A DNA stretch of 64,000 nt from the IMG/VR virus record IMGVR_UViG_2974665086_000001, positions 54,700-118,699 of that record; one strand, given 5' to 3'. The notes beneath the pieces are model-generated. The model ran no database searches and was not told the DNA's origin. It saw nothing but the letters and a program-made list of their open reading frames with translations. The DNA comes from a virus (lineage: Duplodnaviria > Heunggongvirae > Uroviricota > Caudoviricetes). Shown here one piece after another: positions 36,719-46,195 of the stretch (the stretch's first letter is position 1; each line of letters starts with the position of its first letter). Made by a program: the position numbers and the translations under genes.

Positions 36719-38245
36719 TTGACAATCGCAACATTTTTATGGGTTCCTGGAACCGGAGAATCTTACAAGGACGATGTAAGAACAGATATTCTCGAAGTTG
36801 GTTCAGTTGAAAACACAGGTTATGCTATCGCAGCAGAATTCGGTGCTACAATTGCTAACGTTTGGGTGGGATATGACTCTACTATTGGTCCCGCTGGCGG
36901 CGGTATCGGTGGACAGGATCACTTTACCAGTCGTGAAATTGGTAGAACAGCTTTGCTTGCCAAGGCTCGTGCTACAGAAGGTCCACTTATTTTCGGCGGG
37001 TACAGCCAGGGTGCAGGTATCGTCTGGGAAGTAATGCAGGAAATCTATGCAGGCAAGCACCCTGACCTATGGCCTAGAATGCTTTGTTCTGTGCTAGTAG
37101 CTAACCCATTCCGTGTTGCTGATCAGTCTGAAAATTCAATTACTTTTGTTCTTGATGGTACAGACACAGAGGCATTTTCTGGCTGGGGTGTAGCTAATGT
37201 TACAGGTACAGGTATTACACCTAGAATTCCTGAATTCAACTTGGTGAACGCTAAGGATATGATTTGCAATGCAGCACCAGATTCATTCTTGCGTGATATT
37301 GCAGACCTTATTGAATACATGGAGTTCAACGAAGACTCACTTAACTGGGGTCTAAAGACATACGAAAACGTAGCTAATGTTAACTGGGTAGCAGCAGCAG
37401 CGGGTTGGTTGGATATCCCTAACCAGATTCGACGCGTGCAGAATACTCTACGAGAGGTTGCAGGTTACATAAGCAAGAAGTCTAACAAGCACACAAGTTA
37501 CGATAATCGTAAGAACAACTTCCCAATTACTCAGATGGATGGGTCTACTGGTTCTATGTGCCAGTATCTAGGTCGTTATCTCGTAGCTCTAGCACCTTGG
37601 TTAATCACTAAGGCAGAAGAACGTGGACCAGTGCCACCAGTGGTAGCTTATGAAGACTTCCGTATTGACGGTGCAGGTTGGACCGGGTTCACAGGTAATC
37701 TAGGCAAGGCTAGAGTTAATACAGGCCGAGCAGGACAAAGTGCCTCGGGCGTTAATGAAGTAGTTAATATCCAGGGTGTGCATAATGCAACAGCACCATC
37801 AGATGATTACGCCATTGATGTATTACTTGCAGACGTATTGCAGGGTCAACTTGACAAGGGAGCTAACGGAGCGGCAGACTATTTCCGTATCCGTAATACA
37901 GCTACCTTTGGTGTAGGCACAGCGGTAGAGTTTAGACTACGTGCGTCAGGTGCAGTAGCAATTAGCTCTGTTTCTGGTGGTACAGTAACTCAGAAGGCAA
38001 CCGGAACAGGTAGCTTTACCTTCGCTCATATGTTAAGATTCCAAGCCAAGGGAAATGTGTACTCAATCATCAACTTGACTACAGGAACAACAATCTTGAC
38101 TTGGACTGATGCAGCAGGTATTATCAATACCGGTCCAAACAACCGCAGAGCTACAGCGGGGCAGACAAGTAATCATCCGTTTGCACAACCGCAGTGGAGT
38201 GGCTATGCTTTTGACAGCTTTGCAATTACTGATTTATCAGTATGA
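36719..38245 (+). CDS. cutinase-like serine esterase (GYSQG) with large C-terminal domain; LysB-like candidate
   Basis: GGYSQGAGIVWE nucleophile elbow as in cutinase/mycobacteriophage LysB; 508 aa. Confidence 0.55.
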   Translation: MTIATFLWVPGTGESYKDDVRTDILEVGSVENTGYAIAAEFGATIANVWVGYDSTIGPAGGGIGGQDHFTSREIGRTALLAKARATEGPLIFGGYSQGAGIVWEVMQEIYAGKHPDLWPRMLCSVLVANPFRVADQSENSITFVLDGTDTEAFSGWGVANVTGTGITPRIPEFNLVNAKDMICNAAPDSFLRDIADLIEYMEFNEDSLNWGLKTYENVANVNWVAAAAGWLDIPNQIRRVQNTLREVAGYISKKSNKHTSYDNRKNNFPITQMDGSTGSMCQYLGRYLVALAPWLITKAEERGPVPPVVAYEDFRIDGAGWTGFTGNLGKARVNTGRAGQSASGVNEVVNIQGVHNATAPSDDYAIDVLLADVLQGQLDKGANGAADYFRIRNTATFGVGTAVEFRLRASGAVAISSVSGGTVTQKATGTGSFTFAHMLRFQAKGNVYSIINLTTGTTILTWTDAAGIINTGPNNRRATAGQTSNHPFAQPQWSGYAFDSFAITDLSV

Positions 38246-38306
38246 GTTGACAAACGTAATCATATTCGATATGATTACTAGATAGTGAAACTGCGTTTCA
38301 TATAGG

Positions 38307-38329
38307 TCTGGCAGAACCTTAATCTGCCA
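38307..38329 (+). terminator. stem-loop (TGGCAGA...TCTGCCA)
   Basis: 7-bp hairpin after gene. Confidence 0.4.
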
Positions 38330-38334
38330 ATTAA

Positions 38335-38405
38335 TTCCTGATAGTGTAATGGCATCACAATTGACTCTGGCTCAATTAATCTTGGTTCGAATCCAGGTCG
38401 GGAAG
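38335..38405 (+). tRNA. tRNA-Gln (CUG)
   Basis: Acceptor TTCCTGA/TCGGGAA, anticodon arm ATTGA-CTCTGGC-TCAAT, T-arm CTTGGTTCGAATCCAGG. Confidence 0.55.
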
Positions 38406-38548
38406 CATAGCGGAAAACAGGATTTTCCGAGCAGTGAGACAATGACGTAGAAACTGATGCATAAAGACTATGTTAGGCTCACCAGTCCGAAAGGGCGAAT
38501 AAATGCCGGTTGCTCTAGGTCGTTTTCTGACTTAGGGCGCTGGTTATC

Positions 38549-38621
38549 CCTGTCGTAGTGTATGTGGTTAACATATCAGCTTGTGATACTGATGAATCGG
38601 GTTCGAATCCCGGCGACTGGA
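38549..38621 (+). tRNA. tRNA-His (GUG) candidate
   Basis: Anticodon loop TTGTGAT, T-arm TCGGGTTCGAATCCCGG, acceptor CCTGTCG/CGACTGG with one mismatch. Confidence 0.4.
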
Positions 38622-38692
38622 CAAACGACTTGGCCCTCCGAAACGACAGCCGAGCGGGTTATAAGTGTAGCTGCGGCAGCTTATAGCTATCT

Positions 38693-38780
38693 GGAAGATT
38701 GGCTGAGAGGTCTAAGGCACAGCACTGCTAATGCTGCGTGGGCATATGCTCCACCAAGGGTTCGAATCCCTTATCTTCCG
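38693..38780 (+). tRNA. tRNA-Ser (GCU)
   Basis: Acceptor GGAAGAT/ATCTTCC perfect, anticodon arm CAGCA-CTGCTAA-TGCTG, long variable arm, T-arm AAGGGTTCGAATCCCTT. Confidence 0.75.
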
Positions 38781-38806
38781 CTTCAAAAATAGATTAAGGA
38801 TTCATA

Positions 38807-39046
38807 ATGGATAAGTTTATGACCTATCAGGTTAGCCGTAGGCGACCAATTACGTTCGTAGACACCTTGCATAAGGTTCTAAAGATCAATAGTGAATGGC
38901 CCCGGCAGAATAACACAGCCGCGACTATGACTCTGTGGAAACTCAATGGTAAAGATTACATTTACATGTGTGAAGTAATGCTTAAAGAAGTTCCAGAAGA
39001 CAAGTACGAACTAGATGATTTTGTAAATAAACTACTCGAAGGCTAA
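38807..39046 (+). CDS. hypothetical protein
   Basis: 79-aa ORF with RBS AAGGATTCATAATG. Confidence 0.4.
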   Translation: MDKFMTYQVSRRRPITFVDTLHKVLKINSEWPRQNNTAATMTLWKLNGKDYIYMCEVMLKEVPEDKYELDDFVNKLLEG

Positions 39047-39047
39047 A

Positions 39048-40982
39048 ATGCTCGTAAACACAAAAGATATTAGAACCGAGGGCAGTCTCGGCGGTGAAGA
39101 AACAATTCAAATGAGCTTGGACGCTAACAGTCTAGTTCATATTATGTCTGTTCTTGCAGACTTGTATTCCGATCCAGCGGCAGCAGTTATTCGAGAGTAC
39201 ACAACTAACGCTCTCGATAGTCATATCGCAGCAGGACAAACACGTCCGGTTGAACTGAGTACACCTAGCCGATTGTCACCTTACTTTATCGTACAAGATT
39301 ATGGTCTTGGTATGTCAGTAGATGACGTTCGTGATGTTTATTCTAAGTTCGGTGCAAGTACCAAGCGTTTTACTAATGAGCAAGCAGGTATGCTTGGTCT
39401 CGGTTCAAAATCCGCCCTGACATACTGTGAGCAATTTACAGTTCGCGCAGTCAAGGACAAGTACCTAAGTATTATTTCGGTAAGCCGTAGCGCGAATGGT
39501 GCAGGCAGTATCGAGATTGTGGATACACGTCTGACGGACGAACCGAACGGGGTACAGATCAAGATTCCCGTTAATCGTGATCACGCTACGTTCTCAAGTA
39601 AGATTTATCAGTTCGCCCATTATGTCACAGACCCATTGCTAGTAGATGGTGTAAAAGTCACTACACCTAATGCAATTAAGCTAAGTGACACAATAACGCT
39701 GCATCCGACTGTGAACCGATATGACCGCGAGCGTGACCGTATCGTCATGGGCAACGTCAGCTATCCGGTAGAGGGCGCTCCGCTGTCGCAGGGTCGCTAC
39801 AAGGTGCTTTACAAAGTACCGATGGGTTCGGTAGACTTCACTCCAAGCCGCGAAGAGCTGCTGTATTCGGAAATTACCAAAGCAACGGTAAAGAAGATGA
39901 AGGAGCAGTTCGATAAAGATTTCTCAGCGTGGGTTCAAAGTTCGATTGATAATTGCAAGACTTATGCAGAAGCATGGTCAAAGCAGAATGAGATTAATCG
40001 ACAGTACAACACTCGGGTAAAGCTCAAGTGGCAGAACAAGGACTTGCCTGATTTCTATCTTGATGTAAAGTATTGCTACTTTGCTTCGGATGGTAAAGAT
40101 GTAGATTTCTCTACAACAAGTCGTAGCTTGACTTCGGTCGAGTCAACTGGTTTGATTATTACTAATTGGCATAACTCTCGCTTTGCACGTGTGCAGGCAG
40201 AGAAGATCAACAAGTATCTTGCTGAAAAGAAACTTGATTTCAAGAAGGCTATTCTTACTGACAAGGTTCAGTTTGAAGAATTGTTTACAGGTTGGACAAT
40301 TGTTGACTGGAATGATATCAAGAAGGTTAAGTCTGCTGCACGTGTACCACGAGTCGGTAAGCCTGTAAAGCGCTGGGAATCGTACGGAAATAGTGCGCTG
40401 GTAGAGGTTGACACGAGTAAAGATATTTACTACGCTAGTCGAACATGGCTTAACGGTCTCGGCGGTGAGTCAATTGCAGTAAGTAAGACTTCTGATTTTT
40501 ACTATGTGACTGACAAAGAAACCGCACGTTTTAAGAAAGATTATCCAAAGGCAGTTCATATGAGCGAGTTTGCTCGTAAGGCTGTCAAGGATTATATAGC
40601 AAGTTTGACCGCAGATGATTACGACTGGTTTAAGCACAGTATTCGTTTCAGTAATTCATCAGCAGTTGATATTGACAATGTTCTAGACCCAGACCTTAAA
40701 AAGGTTTTGACATATGCCAAGCAACGTAGTGAACAAACGGGTAGATATACAGCTTATCATAAGGCAAATCAAGCTCATCGCAAGCTAAGCTATGCTGATC
40801 GTAATTCAGCAGAGTTTAAATTGCCTGAATTCGAGCAGACTACTGGCTCTCGTATTCTTGATAAGTATCCGTTGCTTTCTAAGCCAAGTTTCTATAGTTC
40901 TGAAATGAAAAGCAATAAGCTACAAGAGCATATGACTGCTTATGTCAATATGATCTACAAGCGCGACAACAACATAATTTAA
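39048..40982 (+). CDS. rIIA: rIIA-like protein (GHKL ATPase N-terminal domain)
   Basis: IREYTTNALDSH, DYGLGMS, GMLGLGSKSALTY, VPMGSVDFTPSREEL align with T4 rIIA. Confidence 0.85.
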   Translation: MLVNTKDIRTEGSLGGEETIQMSLDANSLVHIMSVLADLYSDPAAAVIREYTTNALDSHIAAGQTRPVELSTPSRLSPYFIVQDYGLGMSVDDVRDVYSKFGASTKRFTNEQAGMLGLGSKSALTYCEQFTVRAVKDKYLSIISVSRSANGAGSIEIVDTRLTDEPNGVQIKIPVNRDHATFSSKIYQFAHYVTDPLLVDGVKVTTPNAIKLSDTITLHPTVNRYDRERDRIVMGNVSYPVEGAPLSQGRYKVLYKVPMGSVDFTPSREELLYSEITKATVKKMKEQFDKDFSAWVQSSIDNCKTYAEAWSKQNEINRQYNTRVKLKWQNKDLPDFYLDVKYCYFASDGKDVDFSTTSRSLTSVESTGLIITNWHNSRFARVQAEKINKYLAEKKLDFKKAILTDKVQFEELFTGWTIVDWNDIKKVKSAARVPRVGKPVKRWESYGNSALVEVDTSKDIYYASRTWLNGLGGESIAVSKTSDFYYVTDKETARFKKDYPKAVHMSEFARKAVKDYIASLTADDYDWFKHSIRFSNSSAVDIDNVLDPDLKKVLTYAKQRSEQTGRYTAYHKANQAHRKLSYADRNSAEFKLPEFEQTTGSRILDKYPLLSKPSFYSSEMKSNKLQEHMTAYVNMIYKRDNNII

Positions 40983-40991
40983 GGGAGAAAC

Positions 40992-41906
40992 ATGGCACGA
41001 TATAATAGTGTAGTAAACGGTTCGTTCGAATCGGTAACGGCGTATCTCGATGGTGAATTGCTTACTGTCGATAATGGTCATCCAAGGTTCGAGGAAATCG
41101 TTCGTCGTTTGAAGGCCGACGAAGTAGATGGACTGGCTCGTTTGTTCGATCCAGCGGCGGCTATTAGTAGCCACCTGGAAAAGCTTTCAACTCAGGTCTC
41201 AATTCGTGGCGGTAAGGTATTCTACGAAGGCGAGCCTGTTAATTCAACGTTGGCCGATCATATTGTTCGTACATATGAGCAGGGTGACGACGGGTACGAA
41301 GCATTTGCTTTGTTCCTAGAGAAGCTTTATCAGAATCCAAATGAAGATAGCCGTAACATGCTATTTGATTGGCTCAGCACTGGTGACTTCACTATCAACG
41401 AAGACGGTGACTTTATCGGATACAAGGGCGTTCGCAGCACTCGCGAAGATGGTCTGTATGAGTCTATCCATTCGGGTAATGGTATTGTCGATGGTACCGA
41501 GTACACTAATTCTCGTCTGCCTAACTATGCAGGTGCCGTAGTAGAAATGGCTCGTTCGGAAGTTACATTTGATCCGAACAACGGTTGTGCCTATGGTCTG
41601 CATGTTGGTACATGGGATTATGCGTCAGGATTTGCGAACATTGTACTTGAAGTCACTGTTAATCCGCGTGACGTTGTATCTGTACCCGCGTATGAGCATG
41701 AAAAGCTGCGTACGTGTCGTTACAAGGTTGTCGATGTAGTTAACAGCAAGTATGCAACTGCATACAAGCTTAGTGACGATATTGACGAAGACGAAGTTGA
41801 CAATGACTTCGAGGTGGACTACTCTGAACAAGAAGTCGCACCAGCCGTTGTAACAGGCGGCGGTCCTAAGCGTGATGCACGTGGACGGTTCGTAAAGAAG
41901 GTTTGA
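40992..41906 (+). CDS. rIIB: rIIB-like protein
   Basis: VSIRGGKVFYEGE..., FTINEDGDFIGYKGVRS, CAYGLHVG...VNPRDVVSVP...KLRTCRYKVVDVV align with T4 rIIB; immediately follows rIIA. Confidence 0.8.
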   Translation: MARYNSVVNGSFESVTAYLDGELLTVDNGHPRFEEIVRRLKADEVDGLARLFDPAAAISSHLEKLSTQVSIRGGKVFYEGEPVNSTLADHIVRTYEQGDDGYEAFALFLEKLYQNPNEDSRNMLFDWLSTGDFTINEDGDFIGYKGVRSTREDGLYESIHSGNGIVDGTEYTNSRLPNYAGAVVEMARSEVTFDPNNGCAYGLHVGTWDYASGFANIVLEVTVNPRDVVSVPAYEHEKLRTCRYKVVDVVNSKYATAYKLSDDIDEDEVDNDFEVDYSEQEVAPAVVTGGGPKRDARGRFVKKV

Positions 41907-41930
41907 CAACCTAGATAGACTGTAGTACAA

Positions 41931-41968
41931 TTAGTATCTAGCTTAGCTAATCGGTTAAGCTAGATACT
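41931..41968 (+). terminator. long inverted repeat (12 bp) after rIIB
   Basis: GTATCTAGCTTA...TAAGCTAGATAC. Confidence 0.5.
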
Positions 41969-41972
41969 ATAA

Positions 41973-42043
41973 TCCCGGATCGCTTAGTGGTAAAGCCTGT
42001 ATCTTGTAAATACATGCCCGGTGTTCGATTCACCGTCTGGGAA
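41973..42043 (+). tRNA. tRNA-Thr (UGU)
   Basis: Acceptor TCCCGGA/TCTGGGA, anticodon arm TGTAT-CTTGTAA-ATACA, T-arm CGGTGTTCGATTCACCG. Confidence 0.7.
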
Positions 42044-42059
42044 CGTTTTAATTTAATAT

Positions 42060-42139
42060 GCTGGAATTGCATAGAGGCCGAATGCACCGTTCTTGTAAAA
42101 CGGAATACCACACCGCAGGTTCGAATCCTGTTTCCAGCT
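42060..42139 (+). tRNA. tRNA with UGU-type anticodon loop and enlarged D-loop/variable region (identity uncertain)
   Basis: Acceptor GCTGGAA/TTCCAGC perfect, anticodon arm CCGTT-CTTGTAA-AACGG, T-arm GCAGGTTCGAATCCTGT. Confidence 0.5.
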
Positions 42140-42155
42140 CGTAACAACTAAATAA

Positions 42156-42226
42156 TTTCCCGTAGTGTAATGGCAGCACGAGATACTTTGGATATCTTTG
42201 ACTAGGTTCGAGTCCTGGCGGGAAAG
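42156..42226 (+). tRNA. tRNA-Gln (UUG)
   Basis: Acceptor TTTCCCG/CGGGAAA perfect, anticodon arm AGATA-CTTTGGA-TATCT, T-arm CTAGGTTCGAGTCCTGG. Confidence 0.7.
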
Positions 42227-42262
42227 CTTAATTGATGTTTCTACTCCGATCATCAATTATAT

Positions 42263-42334
42263 ATCTCGCAAGTGTAATGGTTGCACGGTGGTCTCCAAAG
42301 CCATAAAGACAGGGTTCGATTCCTTGGCGGGGTG
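42263..42334 (+). tRNA. tRNA-Trp (CCA)
   Basis: Acceptor ATCTCGC/GCGGGGT (G:U pairs), anticodon loop CTCCAAA, T-arm CAGGGTTCGATTCCTTG. Confidence 0.6.
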
Positions 42335-42353
42335 CTTACAGAAAAGAGTTTAG

Positions 42354-42680
42354 ATGGCATATGTAGAAACAACAGAAGAGCGTATTACCAGACTCAGAAG
42401 AATCCTGATTACACACTCTTGTTTGTATTATGTTTTCGATATGCCGATCTGGACGGATAAAGAGTTTGATTCTTTTGCTTACGAACTGGTAGAATTACAA
42501 AAGAAGTATCCAAAGATCAGTAAGTCAATTGCATATGAACAAGAAGCATATAAAGATTTTGACGGATCGACCGGATTTGATTTACCGATATGGACCGCAG
42601 AGGCACGTGGTAAAGCAGAGTATATCTACAAGCTCCATTGCGAATTACATCCAGAAAAGAATCTCAGAAAATGGCAGTAA
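42354..42680 (+). CDS. hypothetical protein
   Basis: 108-aa ORF. Confidence 0.45.
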   Translation: MAYVETTEERITRLRRILITHSCLYYVFDMPIWTDKEFDSFAYELVELQKKYPKISKSIAYEQEAYKDFDGSTGFDLPIWTAEARGKAEYIYKLHCELHPEKNLRKWQ

Positions 42681-42734
42681 GATAACTTAATAACACTTGC
42701 GTTCTAAGCCCGGTTTAGCTAGGCTTAGACACAT

Positions 42735-42802
42735 GCCAGCAGCAGGCTTGCCGAGCGAATCTCATAAGTTCGTTGGATGGGGTTCGAGTCCCTTTGCTGG
42801 TA
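42735..42802 (+). tRNA. tRNA with CAU anticodon (Met or Ile2), short D region
   Basis: Acceptor GCCAGCA/TGCTGGT, anticodon arm CGAAT-CTCATAA-GTTCG, T-loop TTCGAGT. Confidence 0.4.
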
Positions 42803-42826
42803 CTCCCGACAAACAAAGGAACGAAA

Positions 42827-43129
42827 ATGGATATTCCCGAGAAGTTGAACGACGCAGCATTGAAGGCAGTCGCAGAGTGCGGTGATCAAGAGGGTGTCTG
42901 GCATCCCGGCTACGTAGGTAAGTTCTACGGTGGCAAGGCCGCAGCACTTACAGATGCAAACACTTTTGCTCAGGCTGGGATCAGTGCACGAACCTTGCAT
43001 GATATGTTTTCCAACAAGCAAGCGATCAGTGAAGCTCACAAGCAGCAAGGCAACCTGGACACGGAATATACCGATGGTTATTCGGCGGGTGCTCTGGAAG
43101 TCAGTAAGTTGCTTGCCGGATCAGCTTAA
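42827..43129 (+). CDS. hypothetical protein (start moved to internal Met to clear the tRNA)
   Basis: ORF 42773..43129 overlaps tRNA; MDIPEKL start at 42827 has RBS AAGGAACGAAAATG. Confidence 0.35.
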   Translation: MDIPEKLNDAALKAVAECGDQEGVWHPGYVGKFYGGKAAALTDANTFAQAGISARTLHDMFSNKQAISEAHKQQGNLDTEYTDGYSAGALEVSKLLAGSA

Positions 43130-43247
43130 CACAGACTAGCGACTCCGAATCGCTTCGTACGTGCAGTTAATGTGACTGCAAAGAGCGTAGACATACGCAT
43201 TCGGAACAGGTACGCATATGAACAACACCTTTGTTCGCGTACCGCGT

Positions 43248-43318
43248 TGGTGATTGACCGAGTGGTTAGGTAGTGGATTGCAAATCCATGTAGGCCGGTT
43301 CGATTCCGGTATCACCTT
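43248..43318 (+). tRNA. tRNA-Cys (GCA)
   Basis: Anticodon arm TGGAT-TGCAAAT-ATCCA, T-arm GCCGGTTCGATTCCGGT, acceptor TGGTGAT/ATCACCT. Confidence 0.6.
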
Positions 43319-43378
43319 CTAAGAGAACTTTGCCGATTGGCGAAGTATTAAAGTTATCCAATTATAGAAAGAGAAAAT

Positions 43379-43990
43379 ATGACAAACCCAGATTTGACTT
43401 TGGTCGGTATTGTTGTCGATCGTTCAGGTAGTATGTCGGATATCAAGAAGGATATGGAAGGCGGCATCGCCAGTATCCTAGAGCAGCAAAAGACCCTTCC
43501 GGGCGATACAATTGTTACTCTCGCTGAGTTTGACAACCACTACAATCTTGTATACGGTATTACTCCGTTGGCCGAGATTAAGCCGTACAGCTTGGAACCT
43601 CGCGGAGTAACGGCACTGAACGACGCTACGGCCAAGTTTATTATCGAAACCGGCGAAGCTCTCGATAAGTTGCCAGAATCGGAGCGACCTGGTACAGTAA
43701 TTATTCAGATCATCACAGATGGTATGGAGAATGCGTCTCGGGAATGGGAAACTTCTGCGGTTAAGAATTTGATCGCCAAGCAGAAGGAAAAGTACGGTTG
43801 GGAATTTATCTTTATGGGTTCCGACCTGACTACTGAAAAGTCTGCTAGGGGATATGGAATTGGTGCTGAGCGCACGATTCGATATGCCAAGGAAGCTGTA
43901 GATTGTGGTGCGAATACGTCGTTCGGTATGACACGTAATATTCGTGCAGCAGGATACAGTATCGACCCACCAACACCAGCATCAGTTTAA
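43379..43990 (+). CDS. standalone vWA-domain protein
   Basis: MIDAS motif VVDRSGSMSD at N-terminus, 203 aa. Confidence 0.6.
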   Translation: MTNPDLTLVGIVVDRSGSMSDIKKDMEGGIASILEQQKTLPGDTIVTLAEFDNHYNLVYGITPLAEIKPYSLEPRGVTALNDATAKFIIETGEALDKLPESERPGTVIIQIITDGMENASREWETSAVKNLIAKQKEKYGWEFIFMGSDLTTEKSARGYGIGAERTIRYAKEAVDCGANTSFGMTRNIRAAGYSIDPPTPASV

Positions 43991-44322
43991 CTTAGGAGTC
44001 GGGTATGTGGCGTATCTTTTCATACAAATTAGGTTGTCCACATACCCGCATCCGGGGCATCTACGGTGACGAAATTATTTTCGGAACACCTTGCTTTGCA
44101 CGCTTGCAGTGTGTAGACTGTAGAAAGTACCTGGAAGGCCCGGTATCGTTGGCTAACTACTAGGAGTTGAAATGGAAAAGATGCAAATGGAAAGCGCATT
44201 GGTCAAAATCGTTGGTGATTGCAGCCACGGTGATGTACTCAAGTCGTTTAACGGTCGCAGAATTTGTTTTGACTGCGGAAAGTTAGTTGACACACTAGAG
44301 AAACTCTAGTACAATAAGTAAT

Positions 44323-44394
44323 GCCCCTATCGTATACGGGTTAATATAGTTCTCTGATAAGGAACAGCAGATGGTTCGACTCCATCTAGGGGTA
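44323..44394 (+). tRNA. tRNA-Ile (GAU)
   Basis: Acceptor GCCCCTA/TAGGGGT, anticodon arm GTTCT-CTGATAA-GGAAC, T-arm CAGATGGTTCGACTCCATC. Confidence 0.6.
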
Positions 44395-44416
44395 CGCATA
44401 TAATTTAATATACACT

Positions 44417-44506
44417 GGAAGGTCAATCCGAAAGACGGCGACGGAGATTGTCTTGAAAACAATTGAGCTGTGAAAAGCCTTAGGGGTTCGACCCCCCTAC
44501 CTTCCG
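44417..44506 (+). tRNA. tRNA-Ser (UGA)
   Basis: Acceptor GGAAGGT/ACCTTCC perfect, anticodon arm ATTGT-CTTGAAA-ACAAT, long variable arm, T-arm AGGGGTTCGACCCCCCT. Confidence 0.7.
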
Positions 44507-44632
44507 CTTTAAGTGTATCTGTTGTAGAAACAAATCCTTTTCCTGGTTTAAAAAGGGTGGAATGCAGCAGATGGTTGCCTTAGCGGGCAAACCTTTCTCA
44601 AGAGGATCAGGTTGAGAGAAAGCATTTATTAT

Positions 44633-44704
44633 GCCCTTGAAGACGAATGGATAGTCAACGCTTTTACACGGCGTGCAAAGCAGGTTCGATTCCTGTCAGG
44701 GGTA
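44633..44704 (+). tRNA. tRNA-Val (UAC)
   Basis: Acceptor GCCCTTG/CAGGGGT, D-arm GAC..GTC, anticodon arm ACGCT-TTTACAC-GGCGT, T-arm GCAGGTTCGATTCCTGT. Confidence 0.55.
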
Positions 44705-44926
44705 CTCGCGGGTTATCGTTATGTGGTAAACGAGTAGTCTCATAAGCTAAGATAGCGGATTCGAACGCCGTCCCCGCTCCCACTTCAATTAAGGAATGTA
44801 TGGCCGAACATGCTGTAGCAAGTTGGCGTCCTCATCGGATTGATCATCAAACAACTGTGTACTTCTGCACTTGCGGATATAGAACCACTGTCAGACAATG
44901 GATCGAAGAACATGTGAAGGAAAACA

Positions 44927-45133
44927 ATGGGTAGTTACGATAAGAGCAATGCTGATGTTCAGGTTAACATTAAAGCGTGTCATGCAAATGCCAAGATCGA
45001 TATCGACAAGCAGAGTTTTCTAGAGCTTATTACCCAGGCCATAAAAGCCGGGGTTGGCGATAGTGGGGCTAGTGTTAAGGTAGAGATTAACATCGAAGCT
45101 GTGCATGACTACAGTTCAGTAAATATCTTTTAA
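44927..45133 (+). CDS. hypothetical protein
   Basis: 68-aa ORF. Confidence 0.3.
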   Translation: MGSYDKSNADVQVNIKACHANAKIDIDKQSFLELITQAIKAGVGDSGASVKVEINIEAVHDYSSVNIF

Positions 45134-45134
45134 C

Positions 45135-45416
45135 ATGGTAGGCAAAGGCGGGTGTGTCAAACGACAACCTAAGTCACGTCCACCATCAAGTTATCTGAAC
45201 AAGCCCATACCAATGCCTGACTGGAAGAACTGTCCCTATGACACACCATTCGGTGTAATGATTCGAGGGAACGGGCCAACTACATACACACATAAAAACA
45301 ATGCAACGTTGGTAGTAACATATTCCAACGGCGTGACACAGAAATTTAGATTTACGTCTAGCAGAGACAAAGTAATTGTTTACGCAAGACACACGGCAAC
45401 AATAGTAGAGGATTGA
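45135..45416 (+). CDS. hypothetical protein
   Basis: 93-aa ORF. Confidence 0.35.
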   Translation: MVGKGGCVKRQPKSRPPSSYLNKPIPMPDWKNCPYDTPFGVMIRGNGPTTYTHKNNATLVVTYSNGVTQKFRFTSSRDKVIVYARHTATIVED

Positions 45417-45417
45417 A

Positions 45418-45618
45418 ATGCAGTTTAAGATTACGTACGTACGTCCAGGGCAGCGACGTTTCAGCTCGGGTTGGACGAAGGCAGAGTCAGCCGGGTACAG
45501 GGAGACACTTCTCTATACCTACGAAGACAAGGGTTTCAAGTCTACTAAGCTTGAAGAAAATAAGATTATTCTCAGCCATTCGGACCTTGGTGTTCGAGTT
45601 ATCGAATTTAAGGATTAA
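45418..45618 (+). CDS. hypothetical protein
   Basis: 66-aa ORF; preferred over overlapping 45413..45670 on composition. Confidence 0.3.
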   Translation: MQFKITYVRPGQRRFSSGWTKAESAGYRETLLYTYEDKGFKSTKLEENKIILSHSDLGVRVIEFKD

Positions 45619-45620
45619 TA

Positions 45621-45893
45621 ATGTCAGTAGATGGTGCACTGAATACTGCACGTCAGTTGCAGAAGCTTGAAGAGCACACTTTGGTTAAGTCCATTGACGG
45701 TGGTCAGATTCACAAAAAGCGTGGTAATCATTTCGTCGGTGCCAATGAACGCGGTAGTACCGCTGGCGGTGAGATTATCAGTCTGCTAGATTTGCGTTTG
45801 CCAGTAAGAGTTGTTGAGCCTGACTATAAGCTCGATGAGGTTCCGAAGAAGGCTTTGGAAGCTGAATTGCAGCGTAGGAAATATGCCTGGTAA
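45621..45893 (+). CDS. hypothetical protein
   Basis: 90-aa ORF. Confidence 0.35.
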   Translation: MSVDGALNTARQLQKLEEHTLVKSIDGGQIHKKRGNHFVGANERGSTAGGEIISLLDLRLPVRVVEPDYKLDEVPKKALEAELQRRKYAW

Positions 45894-46067
45894 TGGATGA
45901 CATTAAGCGTGTTGTCTCGCAGAGTATCGATGAAATTAATGAAGCATTTCAAGACGAGTTTGGCCGAGGCCCAACTAAGATCGAAGTGTTGTCACTGATC
46001 AGAGTAGAATTAATTTCTCGATATAGTTGACAATAGTTAAACGGATATGCTATTATAGATATCCTAT

Positions 46068-46140
46068 GGGGTTGTAGCTCAATTGGTAGAGCGTCTGTTT
46101 TGCAAGCAGAAGGTCGAGGGTTCGATTCCCTTCTTCTCCA
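46068..46140 (+). tRNA. tRNA-Ala (UGC)
   Basis: GGGGTTG-TA-GCTCAATTGGTAGAGC, G3:U70, anticodon arm TCTGT-TTTGCAA-GCAGA, T-arm GAGGGTTCGATTCCCTT; two U:U mismatches in acceptor. Confidence 0.6.
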
Positions 46141-46195
46141 CTCTAACTCCTAGTTGGAAAGGTTTTACGGTTCTCCTTTAAATAAGAATCGGCAT

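Noticed and set aside
38600-38700. tmRNA (ACAAACGAC... resembles the start of an SsrA tag reading frame, next to an orphan T-arm plus acceptor 3' end)
   Set aside because: No frame gives a plausible tag peptide ending in a hydrophobic ...AA stop. The T-arm is better explained as the 3' end of a tRNA-His candidate.
38562-38792. ORF 38562..38792 (76 aa) and similar ORFs 26706..26948, 42697..42885, 42725..43048(-), 48509..48871(-), 49639..49839
   Set aside because: They run straight through tRNA or ncRNA genes. Their translation reflects tRNA sequence, so they are spurious.
42060-42139. Second UGU-anticodon tRNA as a possible mis-fold hiding a different anticodon
   Set aside because: Alternative registers give non-7-nt loops. 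It is kept as a tRNA, but its identity is flagged uncertain rather than re-assigned.
45413-45670. ORF 45413..45670 overlapping 45418..45618 in another frame
   Set aside because: Its composition is Arg/Ser-rich and low-complexity. The overlapping 66-aa frame looks more protein-like. Only one of the two is likely real, and even that is low confidence.
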